Source of the DNA: an uncultured Acidobacteriota bacterium
GTDB lineage: Bacteria; Acidobacteriota; Blastocatellia; Pyrinomonadales; Pyrinomonadaceae
Direction of reading: 5' to 3'
Length of the DNA stretch: 24,000 nt
Assembly: GCA_963826255.1 (NCBI GenBank)
Contig: CAWGWK010000001.1
Location: forward strand, 1,236,687 to 1,260,686
Under the pieces are notes generated by a model. The model did no database searches and was not told the DNA's origin. It saw nothing but the letters and a program-made list of their open reading frames with translations. Shown one piece after another: positions 16,893 through 24,000 of the stretch (positions within the stretch are counted from its first letter, which is position 1; every line of letters begins with the position of its first letter). The position numbers and the translations under genes are program-made.

Positions 16893-19689
16893 AACTGGTG
16901 AATTCGTTGAAACAGTGCAGTTGCAGGTAGTCTGCCGGACATTGATTAGTAAGCTCGCGCCAAATGCCACCGAGATTTCGATGGAGCATTTGGAAGCTTA
17001 CGGCAGTCTCGATAAAGCGCTGCAAGTGTTTTACGAAGATTCAATCCGTGAAGTGGTTGAGAAAACAAGGGAAGTACTGCAGCGCAAAGGCAAGAGCGAG
17101 ATCAAAGAAGGAGTCTTGCGCAATTGGTTCGAAAAGAAACTTATTACTCAAGCACACACTCGCGGTCTGATTTATCGCGGCGCCACTCACACGGAAGGTC
17201 TCATCAACGAAGCTGTCAACCTATTGGACCAGGCACACATCATTCGTGAAGAACGACGCGGCAGTGGTCGCTGGTACGAGTTGAGTCACGATCGCTTTGT
17301 CGATCCTATCCTGACCTCAAACAAAGAGTGGATGCTGCAATACTCCGGCGCTGCCAAGGTACGTCAATGGCTGGAAGAACGGGCCACACGTTGGAACCAA
17401 ACTCAGGATGAGACAGCGCTGCTCAGCGAAAACGAACTCAAAGAAGCGGAAAGTTGGGTAGCGAGTGCTGAAGCCTCCGAGCTCGGCTACGATCGATCGG
17501 TAACAAATCTGATTCAGGCCAGCCGCACCCATATAAATAACAAGAAGGTGCAAAGGGAATTCGAGATCGAGAGTGCCAACAAGCTGGCGCGATCGGCGCG
17601 GCGTTTTAAGTGGGCATCGATTGGGCTTGCTGTGATGTTCGTTCTCGCCTTGACCACTACCTTAATTGCTTCGGTCCAATGGAGAAAGGCGTACGATAAT
17701 CTCGAGTTAGCAGAAGAACGGGAACAAGAGGCACAGAGACTGCAAAAACAAGCGTCACAGCAGGCCGAACGCGAGTTATGGGCGAGGGTGGCTGCCATAC
17801 AGGCGGCCAAGGAAGCAGATGCAGCCAGACAAGAGGCAGCAAATCGTGCCGATGAAGCGGAGAAAGCCAAAAAAGAAGCGGTGGAAGCCCAACGAGCAGC
17901 GGAAAAGGCCAGGGGTGAATTACGAGATGCGCTGAAGAAAGCTGAAGAACGCGCGCGCGAAGCTGAGCGAGCGCGAAAGACCGATCAACTGTCTCGCGAA
18001 GCCTTCCGTCTCTCGAGAAGACCGGAGAGTCAACAGGACGCTGTCGAACAATTCAATCGCGCGATTGATGTCTACAAAGAGACCGGCGACCGCGACGCGC
18101 AGGCTGACAGCTATCTGAATCAAGGTCAGGTTTACAAAGACATGGGTGAAGTGGAGCGGGCCGAAGACGCATTCAATAAAGCGTTGCAACTCTATCGACA
18201 CACACCCGCGGACCCGCAAAAACAAGCCAGCACCCTAAACAACATTGGCATTATTTATACTTCGTCCGGTGCGTCGGATCCCCTCACGGGGGAACGTAAC
18301 GAGGAGGCTTTGGCAACTGCAAAGACGAAGTTCTACAGTGCCCTCACCATGTATCGCGCCCTTCAAGACCTGTTTGGTGAAGCTGCAACTTTGACGAACA
18401 TCGGTGATGCCCAATTGGCGATGAAATCCAAGGATGATCGCAGGCGGGCGTCGGATTTTTACGAGCGAGCCCTGGGTATCTACACATACTCCGTGATGAA
18501 TAATTCTGCAAATCAGGAAAAACACTTAAGGGCCCTTCTTGGAATGTTCATCTCATTGGGCAACAAGCAGGCTCTGCTGGCTGAGGCTAATGAGGACACG
18601 TTTTCGTTAGATGATCGTATTGAAATGTATAAGGAAGCCCTCGATCTTTACACGCAGCTCAACGATAAGCGTGGCATGGCGATCGCCAATACCAAAATCG
18701 GAGCAGCAACTGAAGAGGCTTTGCAAAGCGCGGCAACCGAGAACGTTGAACGCTATGAGAAGCTCGTATTGGATAGTTACAAGAAAGCCGCGGATCTTTA
18801 CAAAGAGTCGCATGATGCAATCGGAGAGGCTGGCGCGCACATAAGTTTAGGGCACTATTACCAGACGCTCGCGGATCCGGAAAAGCGGAGCAAAGCGGTA
18901 GGTGAGTACAGCCTGGCGGCGACTATTTACCGGAGTATCGACGATCGTGCCGGACAGATTCGTGCTCACAAGGCTCTCTACGATTTCTATGCGACGTCCT
19001 CCGAGGCGGAGCACAAAGCAAAAGCTGTTGCATCTTTGGTCCTCATGAACGACCTCTACCGAGAGCTCGAAAATGTAAGGGGACAGAGTGACACGTATCT
19101 CAAACTCGGCGCGCTTCACGAGAATCTTCAATTTCGCGATAAGGCAGAAACCGCCTTCGACGAAGCCTTGAAGCTTTATCGAACTTCGGGTGATAAGAAA
19201 ACAGAAGCAGACGTCCTCGGAGAGATTGGCAGAATATATGCTAAGTCGAAAGATAAAGCGGGTGTGGAGTTAGCGGTACAACGACTCAACCAGGCCGCTG
19301 ATATTTACCGCGAAACCAAGAGCACAGAGGCGTTGGCCGCCACCTATAACAAGCTCGCTGAACTTCACAGCCAAAGTCCGTGGAGGTTGGCTTTCCCGGC
19401 CGACGAAGCGACCCAATGGTACTTGAACGCTGTTAAGTACTATGAGATGGAAGCAGACACGTATCGTGGTAAAGGGTCGAAATCCGACCCGGTGAAGGTG
19501 GCCAAAGTGCTGCGATTCATTGGGTCAGTGTACCGCGATCGGTTGGACGATAAAGCCAAAGCATTGGAGTCGTTGAATCAAGCGCTGAAGCTCTACGAAG
19601 AGGCGCGAAATCCTGCGGGCATCAGAGCGGTTAAGATTGAGATCGCAAACCTGGCGAAGCAAAGCGGCGCTGAGACTTCAAAACCATAA
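16873..19689 (+). CDS. STAND NTPase C-terminal fragment: helical/winged-helix region, hydrophobic helix, coiled coil, TPR array (938 aa from the ATG)
   Basis: SD GGAGG lies 7 nt upstream of the ATG at 16873; the open frame begins at a TTG at 16846. EFVETVQLQVVC continues the NTPase module. The hydrophobic helix is WASIGLAVMFVLALTTTLIASV. A ~100-aa E/A/R/K coiled coil follows. At least seven TPR-like motifs are visible (AEDAFNKALQLYR, ASDFYERALGIYT, IEMYKEALDLYTQ, LDSYKKAADLYKE, AETAFDEALKLYR, VQRLNQAADIYRE, LESLNQALKLYEE). Confidence 0.8.
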   Translation: MSDKTWITGEFVETVQLQVVCRTLISKLAPNATEISMEHLEAYGSLDKALQVFYEDSIREVVEKTREVLQRKGKSEIKEGVLRNWFEKKLITQAHTRGLIYRGATHTEGLINEAVNLLDQAHIIREERRGSGRWYELSHDRFVDPILTSNKEWMLQYSGAAKVRQWLEERATRWNQTQDETALLSENELKEAESWVASAEASELGYDRSVTNLIQASRTHINNKKVQREFEIESANKLARSARRFKWASIGLAVMFVLALTTTLIASVQWRKAYDNLELAEEREQEAQRLQKQASQQAERELWARVAAIQAAKEADAARQEAANRADEAEKAKKEAVEAQRAAEKARGELRDALKKAEERAREAERARKTDQLSREAFRLSRRPESQQDAVEQFNRAIDVYKETGDRDAQADSYLNQGQVYKDMGEVERAEDAFNKALQLYRHTPADPQKQASTLNNIGIIYTSSGASDPLTGERNEEALATAKTKFYSALTMYRALQDLFGEAATLTNIGDAQLAMKSKDDRRRASDFYERALGIYTYSVMNNSANQEKHLRALLGMFISLGNKQALLAEANEDTFSLDDRIEMYKEALDLYTQLNDKRGMAIANTKIGAATEEALQSAATENVERYEKLVLDSYKKAADLYKESHDAIGEAGAHISLGHYYQTLADPEKRSKAVGEYSLAATIYRSIDDRAGQIRAHKALYDFYATSSEAEHKAKAVASLVLMNDLYRELENVRGQSDTYLKLGALHENLQFRDKAETAFDEALKLYRTSGDKKTEADVLGEIGRIYAKSKDKAGVELAVQRLNQAADIYRETKSTEALAATYNKLAELHSQSPWRLAFPADEATQWYLNAVKYYEMEADTYRGKGSKSDPVKVAKVLRFIGSVYRDRLDDKAKALESLNQALKLYEEARNPAGIRAVKIEIANLAKQSGAETSKP

Positions 19690-19714
19690 CAGCCAAAGAT
19701 GCGTGCTATCATCG

Positions 19715-19737
19715 GGAGCGCTTTAGGCGCTCCTTTT
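19715..19737 (+). terminator. rho-independent terminator of the CHAT/SIR2/STAND operon
   Basis: GGAGCGC-TTTAG-GCGCTCC is followed by TTTT, 26 nt after the stop at 19689. The T-tract runs directly into the lpxA start codon. Confidence 0.7.
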
Positions 19738-19738
19738 G

Positions 19739-20539
19739 ATGTCTATCCATCCTACAGCCGTCATCGGCAAGCGTGTCGCGATCTCTGAGAACGTCGTAAT
19801 CAACGCGTATGCGGTTGTCGAGGACGACGTAGAGATCGGTCCGGATTGCGAGATCGGATCACACGCGGTCATCAAGCAGTTTACAAAAATTGGCGCACGC
19901 AACCGGATCTTCGAGCATGCCGTGATCGGCGGAGAGCCGCAGGACGTAAAGTTCCACCGTGAGCGAAGCTATCTCGAGATCGGTGACGACAATCTGATCC
20001 GAGAGTTTTGCACGTTCCATCGCGCCAGCGGCGAAGACGAAATAACTAAAATCGGTTCGCGCAACTTTTTCATGGTGGGAGTACACATCGCGCACAACTG
20101 CCGTATCGGCGACGACAATATCTTCGCGAACGAAGTTGCGCTCGCGGGACACATCATCGTGGAGGACCACGTGTTTCTCTCCAACAATGTCGGCGCGCAT
20201 CAGTTTGTGCGGATGGGTCGTTACGCGATGGTTGGCGGGAAGTCGAAGATAGTGCAGGATGTGTTGCCGTTCTTTATCACTGACGGCAACCCGGCGCGCG
20301 TTCGTGGAGTGAATAGCGTAGGTTTGCGGCGTGCCGGTTTCTCGAGCGAAGCAAGACGTGCGTTGAAAGATGCTTACCGGATGCTTTTTAGGTCCGCGAC
20401 GCCTGTTGAAGAAGTTCTGGTCCAACTGGAGCAGGCGGACGATGAAAACGTTTCGCATCTGGTGAGTTTCATTCGCGGATCGAAGCGAGGTTTTACGAGA
20501 GCGGCTACGGACACCACGGATGACACAGATCAGAGTTGA
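19739..20539 (+). CDS. lpxA: acyl-ACP--UDP-N-acetylglucosamine O-acyltransferase
   Basis: MSIHPTAVIG is followed by left-handed beta-helix hexapeptide repeats. The length is ~266 aa. The conserved C-terminal helical region reads GLRRAGFSSEARRALKDAYRMLF. An alternative TTG start lies at 19736. Confidence 0.9.
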   Translation: MSIHPTAVIGKRVAISENVVINAYAVVEDDVEIGPDCEIGSHAVIKQFTKIGARNRIFEHAVIGGEPQDVKFHRERSYLEIGDDNLIREFCTFHRASGEDEITKIGSRNFFMVGVHIAHNCRIGDDNIFANEVALAGHIIVEDHVFLSNNVGAHQFVRMGRYAMVGGKSKIVQDVLPFFITDGNPARVRGVNSVGLRRAGFSSEARRALKDAYRMLFRSATPVEEVLVQLEQADDENVSHLVSFIRGSKRGFTRAATDTTDDTDQS

Positions 20540-21572
20540 CGAGCTTGCCGAGTTAGTGAAAGGTCGAATGATCGGCGACGGCGCGACTGTCATCGAACGA
20601 ATAGCCGACCTTGAACATGCCGGCCAGTTTGAGATTGCATACGTTGAGAACGAAAGCTTTCTGGCGAATGCAGCCGAGAGCAAAGCTGCGTGTTTGATAG
20701 TTAGCGAGCGGCTCAGTGAGAAGTTGCCGGATCGGACGCTAATCGAAGTTGTTAATCCGAAGCTCGCGTTCTCGTTGATCGGCGCCGCGCTTCATCCTCC
20801 GATTCGTCGCGAACCGTCAATTCATCCGACGGCTGTCGTTGCTGAAACTGCCGACATTGCACTGACTGCCTACATTGGACCTAACGTGTGCATTGGTGAA
20901 TACACGCACGTCGGTGCTTACACGAGACTCGAAGCTGGAGTGGTGCTGGGCGAGAACGTCACTGTTGGCGACGACTGTGTGCTACACCCGAACGTCGTTT
21001 TATACGATGGTGTTTCGATTGGAACTCGCGTGATCCTGCACGCTGCCGTGTGCATCGGCGCTGATGGTTTTGGTTACGTGCGACACGATCTCGGGTATCA
21101 AAAGTTTCCGCAAGTGGGAACGGTGATTATTGAAGACGACGTGGAGATCGGTGCTCACACGTGCGTTGATCGCGCAGCCCTCGGTCGCACACGCATCGGT
21201 CGCGGTACCAAACTCGATAACATGGTCCATGTCGGCCACAACTGCGACATCGGCGAACGTGTGGTCATTGCCGCGCAAACCGGGATCAGCGGCAGTGTCG
21301 TGATCGAAGACGACGCAGTGATAGGTGGCCAGGTTGGCTTTGGAGATCACACGCGCGTGCAGAAGGGAGCGATCATCGGATCGAAGGCAGGGATCTTGCC
21401 GGGCAAGATCGTTCGTCCGGGCGTGTGGTGGGGAATACCTGTGCAACCACTGGACCAGTACAAACGCATGAACGCCTACATGAATCGTCTGCCACAGATG
21501 AACAAACGTCTCAAGCAACTCGAGGAAAAGTTAGACAGGATTGACAAGATTTTTCAGGATAAGCAGGATTAA
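20520..21572 (+). CDS. lpxD: UDP-3-O-acylglucosamine N-acyltransferase
   Basis: MTQIRVDELAEL...GDG is the LpxD N-terminal domain. Hexapeptide repeats follow, with GADGFGY, VIIEDDVEIGAHTCVDRAALG and HNCDIG. The C-terminal coiled coil resembles that of E. coli LpxD. The gene overlaps lpxA by 20 bp. Confidence 0.92.
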   Translation: MTQIRVDELAELVKGRMIGDGATVIERIADLEHAGQFEIAYVENESFLANAAESKAACLIVSERLSEKLPDRTLIEVVNPKLAFSLIGAALHPPIRREPSIHPTAVVAETADIALTAYIGPNVCIGEYTHVGAYTRLEAGVVLGENVTVGDDCVLHPNVVLYDGVSIGTRVILHAAVCIGADGFGYVRHDLGYQKFPQVGTVIIEDDVEIGAHTCVDRAALGRTRIGRGTKLDNMVHVGHNCDIGERVVIAAQTGISGSVVIEDDAVIGGQVGFGDHTRVQKGAIIGSKAGILPGKIVRPGVWWGIPVQPLDQYKRMNAYMNRLPQMNKRLKQLEEKLDRIDKIFQDKQD

Positions 21573-21605
21573 CCTGTCCATCCGGACAAATCTTGTCAAT
21601 CCTGT
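21535..21605. repeat. 18-bp perfect inverted repeat with a 35-nt structured spacer between convergent lpxD and lpxB (probable bidirectional terminator)
   Basis: ACAGGATTGACAAGATTT (21535-21552) is the exact reverse complement of 21588-21605. The spacer contains CAGG-ATTAA-CCTG and GTCC-ATCC-GGAC mini-hairpins. Confidence 0.6.
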
Positions 21606-22792
21606 AAAAACTTTAAGATCGATTGCGCGGCGCGTTGGGAGGCGCCGGGCTGGCCCAGTTTCTCAGCGACGTCTCGTAACGTCGCACGTGCGGCGCGGTT
21701 TGTTTCGGGGTCGAGTAGTTTCAGGAGTTCGTGCGTGAGGTTCTCGCCCGTAAACTGGTCCTGCATAAGTTCTTTCGCGATCTCTTTACCTGCCACCAGA
21801 TTCACCAATCCGAAATGTGGCACCGTAATCAATCGACCTAACGTGTGCCAGTTGATCGGCGATTCCTTGTAAACTACAACCATCGGTGTTTCGAGCAGTG
21901 CTGCCTCCAGCGTTGCAGTGCCGCTGGCGACGGCGGCCGCATCTGAAGCGCCCAGGGCCTCACGAGTTTGTTGTTGGACCAACTTGACGACTTGAGAATC
22001 CTTGCGGGACATGATCGGCAGTGTCTCTTCCGCTGTGCGGCTCGGCGCGACGACAATAACCGGCTGCACGTCAGGACGCGCAACGCGCAGCGTCTCGATT
22101 GCCTGGAGCATGGGCGGCAGAATTCGTTCCAACTCCTTTCGCCGGCTTCCAGGCAAAAAAGAAACGATTGGCCGTGAGGGATCGAGATCGTTGCGCCGGC
22201 AAAACTCTTCGCGTCCGAAACTCGCTTTCACTTCACCTGACAGTGGATGCCCCACAAACTCAACATGGCCCACACCGTGATCTCGATACCATTCGGCTTC
22301 AAACGGCAGAATCGACAACAACAGATCGACGTCGCGTTTGATCTTGCTGACGCGACGCGCCCGCCACGCCCAAAGTTGTGGACTGATGTAATAGATCACT
22401 TTCAAACCACGCCGGTGGAGGGCTGACGCAAGTCGCAGATTGAACTCAGGCCAATCCACGAGTACCACGGCGTCGGGCGATCGTTCGATTGCTGCCGTTC
22501 TAAGTTTGCGGAAGGCGCGGATGAATCTTGGCAAGACGCTGCCGACTTCAACGATTCCCATGATCGCAAGGTCGTCTGAATTGACGATCGTTTCGACGCC
22601 CGCAGTGCGCATCCGTGGTCCAGTCGCGCCGAAAAAGTGGAAGCCGGAGCCATTTGCTCGCAATGCAGTGACCAGCGCAGCAGCGTGAGCATCACCCGAC
22701 GGCTCACCAGCAACGATCATCAAGTTGGGCACGGCGCGAATGATATCAGATCGTAAATTCTGTAAATCCTGTCTATTCGTGTTAGCATCCAC
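21596..22792 (-). CDS. lpxB: lipid-A-disaccharide synthase
   Basis: LMIVAGEPSGDAHAAALVTAL is the LpxB N-terminal signature. Also present are YYISPQLWAWR and ASGTATLEAAL, and the length is ~390 aa. The start is uncertain: GTG at 22792, GTG at 22732 or ATG at 22720. Confidence 0.9.
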   Translation of the reverse strand: MDANTNRQDLQNLRSDIIRAVPNLMIVAGEPSGDAHAAALVTALRANGSGFHFFGATGPRMRTAGVETIVNSDDLAIMGIVEVGSVLPRFIRAFRKLRTAAIERSPDAVVLVDWPEFNLRLASALHRRGLKVIYYISPQLWAWRARRVSKIKRDVDLLLSILPFEAEWYRDHGVGHVEFVGHPLSGEVKASFGREEFCRRNDLDPSRPIVSFLPGSRRKELERILPPMLQAIETLRVARPDVQPVIVVAPSRTAEETLPIMSRKDSQVVKLVQQQTREALGASDAAAVASGTATLEAALLETPMVVVYKESPINWHTLGRLITVPHFGLVNLVAGKEIAKELMQDQFTGENLTHELLKLLDPETNRAARATLRDVAEKLGQPGASQRAAQSILKFLQD

Positions 22793-22799
22793 GCGCCCT

Positions 22800-24000
22800 A
22801 TGATGCGCTATGTGCTGGCACTCCTGATTCTTGCCCTTGCCTGTCATTCGGCATTCGCGCAACAAACTAATCCGGTCGATCGGAAAGTGGCGAATCCGAT
22901 GACCGACACTCCGAACGTCAATCCACTCAATACCGATCAACCCGTGCAACAGCGACGTGCCTCACCGCAAGGCGTGCAAGGCGCCAGCACTGATGAAATC
23001 ACTGTTGTAAGCAACAAGCAGAGTGGGTCAGGTCCTGAGAATGCCCGCATCGCTCACTACGAAGGGAACGTCGATGTGCGCATCGGCACGTACCGGCTCC
23101 AGGCAGACAAAGTTACGGTTTACGAAGCAGAGAACAGGGTCGTTGCCGAAGGCAGCGTCGTTTTCGATCAGGCCGATCAGGCGCGAATCACGGGCTCGCG
23201 CGGCGATTGGAACTATCGCACCAAGACGGGTTACTTCGAAAACTCCACCGGTTTCACAAACCAAACCCAGGACGGGACGCGGATCTATTTCACCGCCGAT
23301 CGCGTCGAGAAGATCAGTCTCGACACGATTGTCGCCACCAACGTGCAAGTCACCGCTTGTGATGAAGACGTTCCGAAGTGGAGTTTTCATGCGAGCAAGG
23401 CAAGGATCAAAACAGGCGATCGCGTGTACGTCTATTCGCCGAAACTGAGACTGAAGAATCTGCCGGTGTTCTATCTGCCGTATGCTTCGGTTTCGATCAA
23501 GCCACGCGATCGCGCTTCAGGTTTTTTGACACCGACCGTCGGAGGCTCCGGAGCAAAGGGCTTTCGTTTGTCGACTGGGTACTATCAAACGCTCGGACGT
23601 TCAGCCGACCTCACTTTTCGCAACGACATCTACACCCAGCGAGGATTGGGGTTTGGTGCAGACATGCGCACGCGTGCGAACTCGAGGTCGTACCTCAACT
23701 TTGGTTTCTATACCGTCAAGGATCGAATCTTTGGTCCGAAGGCTGATGACACTCATCCCGATCAAGGTGGTTCGAGTTTGTATGTTGAAGGTGTGCACTA
23801 TTTCAAAAACGGTTTCATCGCCGCGGCTGACGTCAACATAACTTCCAACCTTGCCTTCCGGCAGGTGTTCTCCGACAACATTCAACAAGCAATCTCGCCG
23901 GAAGAGACCTCGCAGGTTTTTATAAACAAAGATCATGACGAGTACAGCTTCAACTTCCTCGCGCGCACACAGGTGACATCGTTAACGAACGCGCGCATTC
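22800..24000 (+). CDS. lptD: LPS-assembly outer-membrane protein LptD (OstA), 3' end outside the window
   Basis: This ORF is not in the supplied track because it has no stop in the window; I translated it by hand with no stop across 400 codons. The signal peptide is MMRYVLALLILALACHSAFA-Q. The OstA-N-like region reads YEGNVDVRIGTYRLQADKVTVYE...AEGSVVF. The LptD signature is LKNLPVFYLPYASVSIKPRDRASGFLTPTVG. Confidence 0.88.
   Translation, partial: MMRYVLALLILALACHSAFAQQTNPVDRKVANPMTDTPNVNPLNTDQPVQQRRASPQGVQGASTDEITVVSNKQSGSGPENARIAHYEGNVDVRIGTYRLQADKVTVYEAENRVVAEGSVVFDQADQARITGSRGDWNYRTKTGYFENSTGFTNQTQDGTRIYFTADRVEKISLDTIVATNVQVTACDEDVPKWSFHASKARIKTGDRVYVYSPKLRLKNLPVFYLPYASVSIKPRDRASGFLTPTVGGSGAKGFRLSTGYYQTLGRSADLTFRNDIYTQRGLGFGADMRTRANSRSYLNFGFYTVKDRIFGPKADDTHPDQGGSSLYVEGVHYFKNGFIAAADVNITSNLAFRQVFSDNIQQAISPEETSQVFINKDHDEYSFNFLARTQVTSLTNARI

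Noticed and set aside
19859-20683. 274-aa ORF on the minus strand
   Set aside because: It is entirely antisense to lpxA and the lpxD start. Hexapeptide-repeat genes typically leave long open antisense frames. The product is low-complexity and R/S-rich with no SD.
21000-21518. 172-aa ORF on the minus strand
   Set aside because: It is antisense to the well-supported lpxD, for the same reason as the lpxA antisense ORF.
21553-22792. Idea that the QD-rich tails of lpxD (IFQDKQD) and lpxB (N-terminal QDLQNL) are translated repeat elements
   Set aside because: E. coli LpxD also ends in a similar coiled-coil tail (as I recall, ...LERKVNQQD), so the lpxD tail is probably native. For lpxB the upstream residues may simply lie before the true start codon.
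23028-23390. 120-aa minus-strand ORF and the plus-strand ORFs at 23023-23746
   Set aside because: They overlap the hand-translated lptD frame, which carries a signal peptide and the PVFYLPY...SGFLTP signature. The alternative frames are R/S-rich.

Overview
This 24-kb window comes from a Gram-negative bacterium. The right end carries the LPS genes lpxA-lpxD, a convergent lpxB and a divergent lptD. Gene content and the style of the palindromic repeats suggest Acidobacteriota, but that is inference only.

Left third (1-6700): accessory-looking genes.
- a 5'-truncated helical-repeat protein
- a translationally coupled pair: a Cys-rich secreted peptide and a membrane-anchored protein, the latter with an in-frame stop
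- a small hydrophilic protein followed by a 3-TM protein
- tRNA-Gln(CUG) with its terminator
- a leaderless 2xSH3b-like + M15/VanY peptidase
- an orphan HisKA (DHp-only) protein

Middle-left (6696-10337, minus strand): an operon of two radical SAM enzymes flanking a secreted protein. The large one (663 aa) has the N-terminal CxxC...CxxH plus CxxxCxxC layout that I associate with the archaeal tetraether lipid synthase (Tes/GDGT-MAS, class D rSAM) family.

Centre (10904-19689, plus strand): the most interesting feature, a tightly packed operon I do not recognise as a named system.
- a 1200-aa alpha/beta-hydrolase (lipase-like) to CHAT-protease fusion
- a stand-alone SIR2_2 protein
- a P-loop STAND NTPase with a hydrophobic helix, coiled coil and TPR array

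The STAND gene is split in two by a ~200-bp insertion. The insertion carries a 37-bp-stem palindrome and is flanked by 9-bp direct repeats. Removing it in silico restores one reading frame.

A separate 220-bp element with 48-bp terminal inverted repeats lies between the divergent promoters of the rSAM operon and the CHAT operon.

No CRISPR array, rRNA, integrase or transposase gene was seen.
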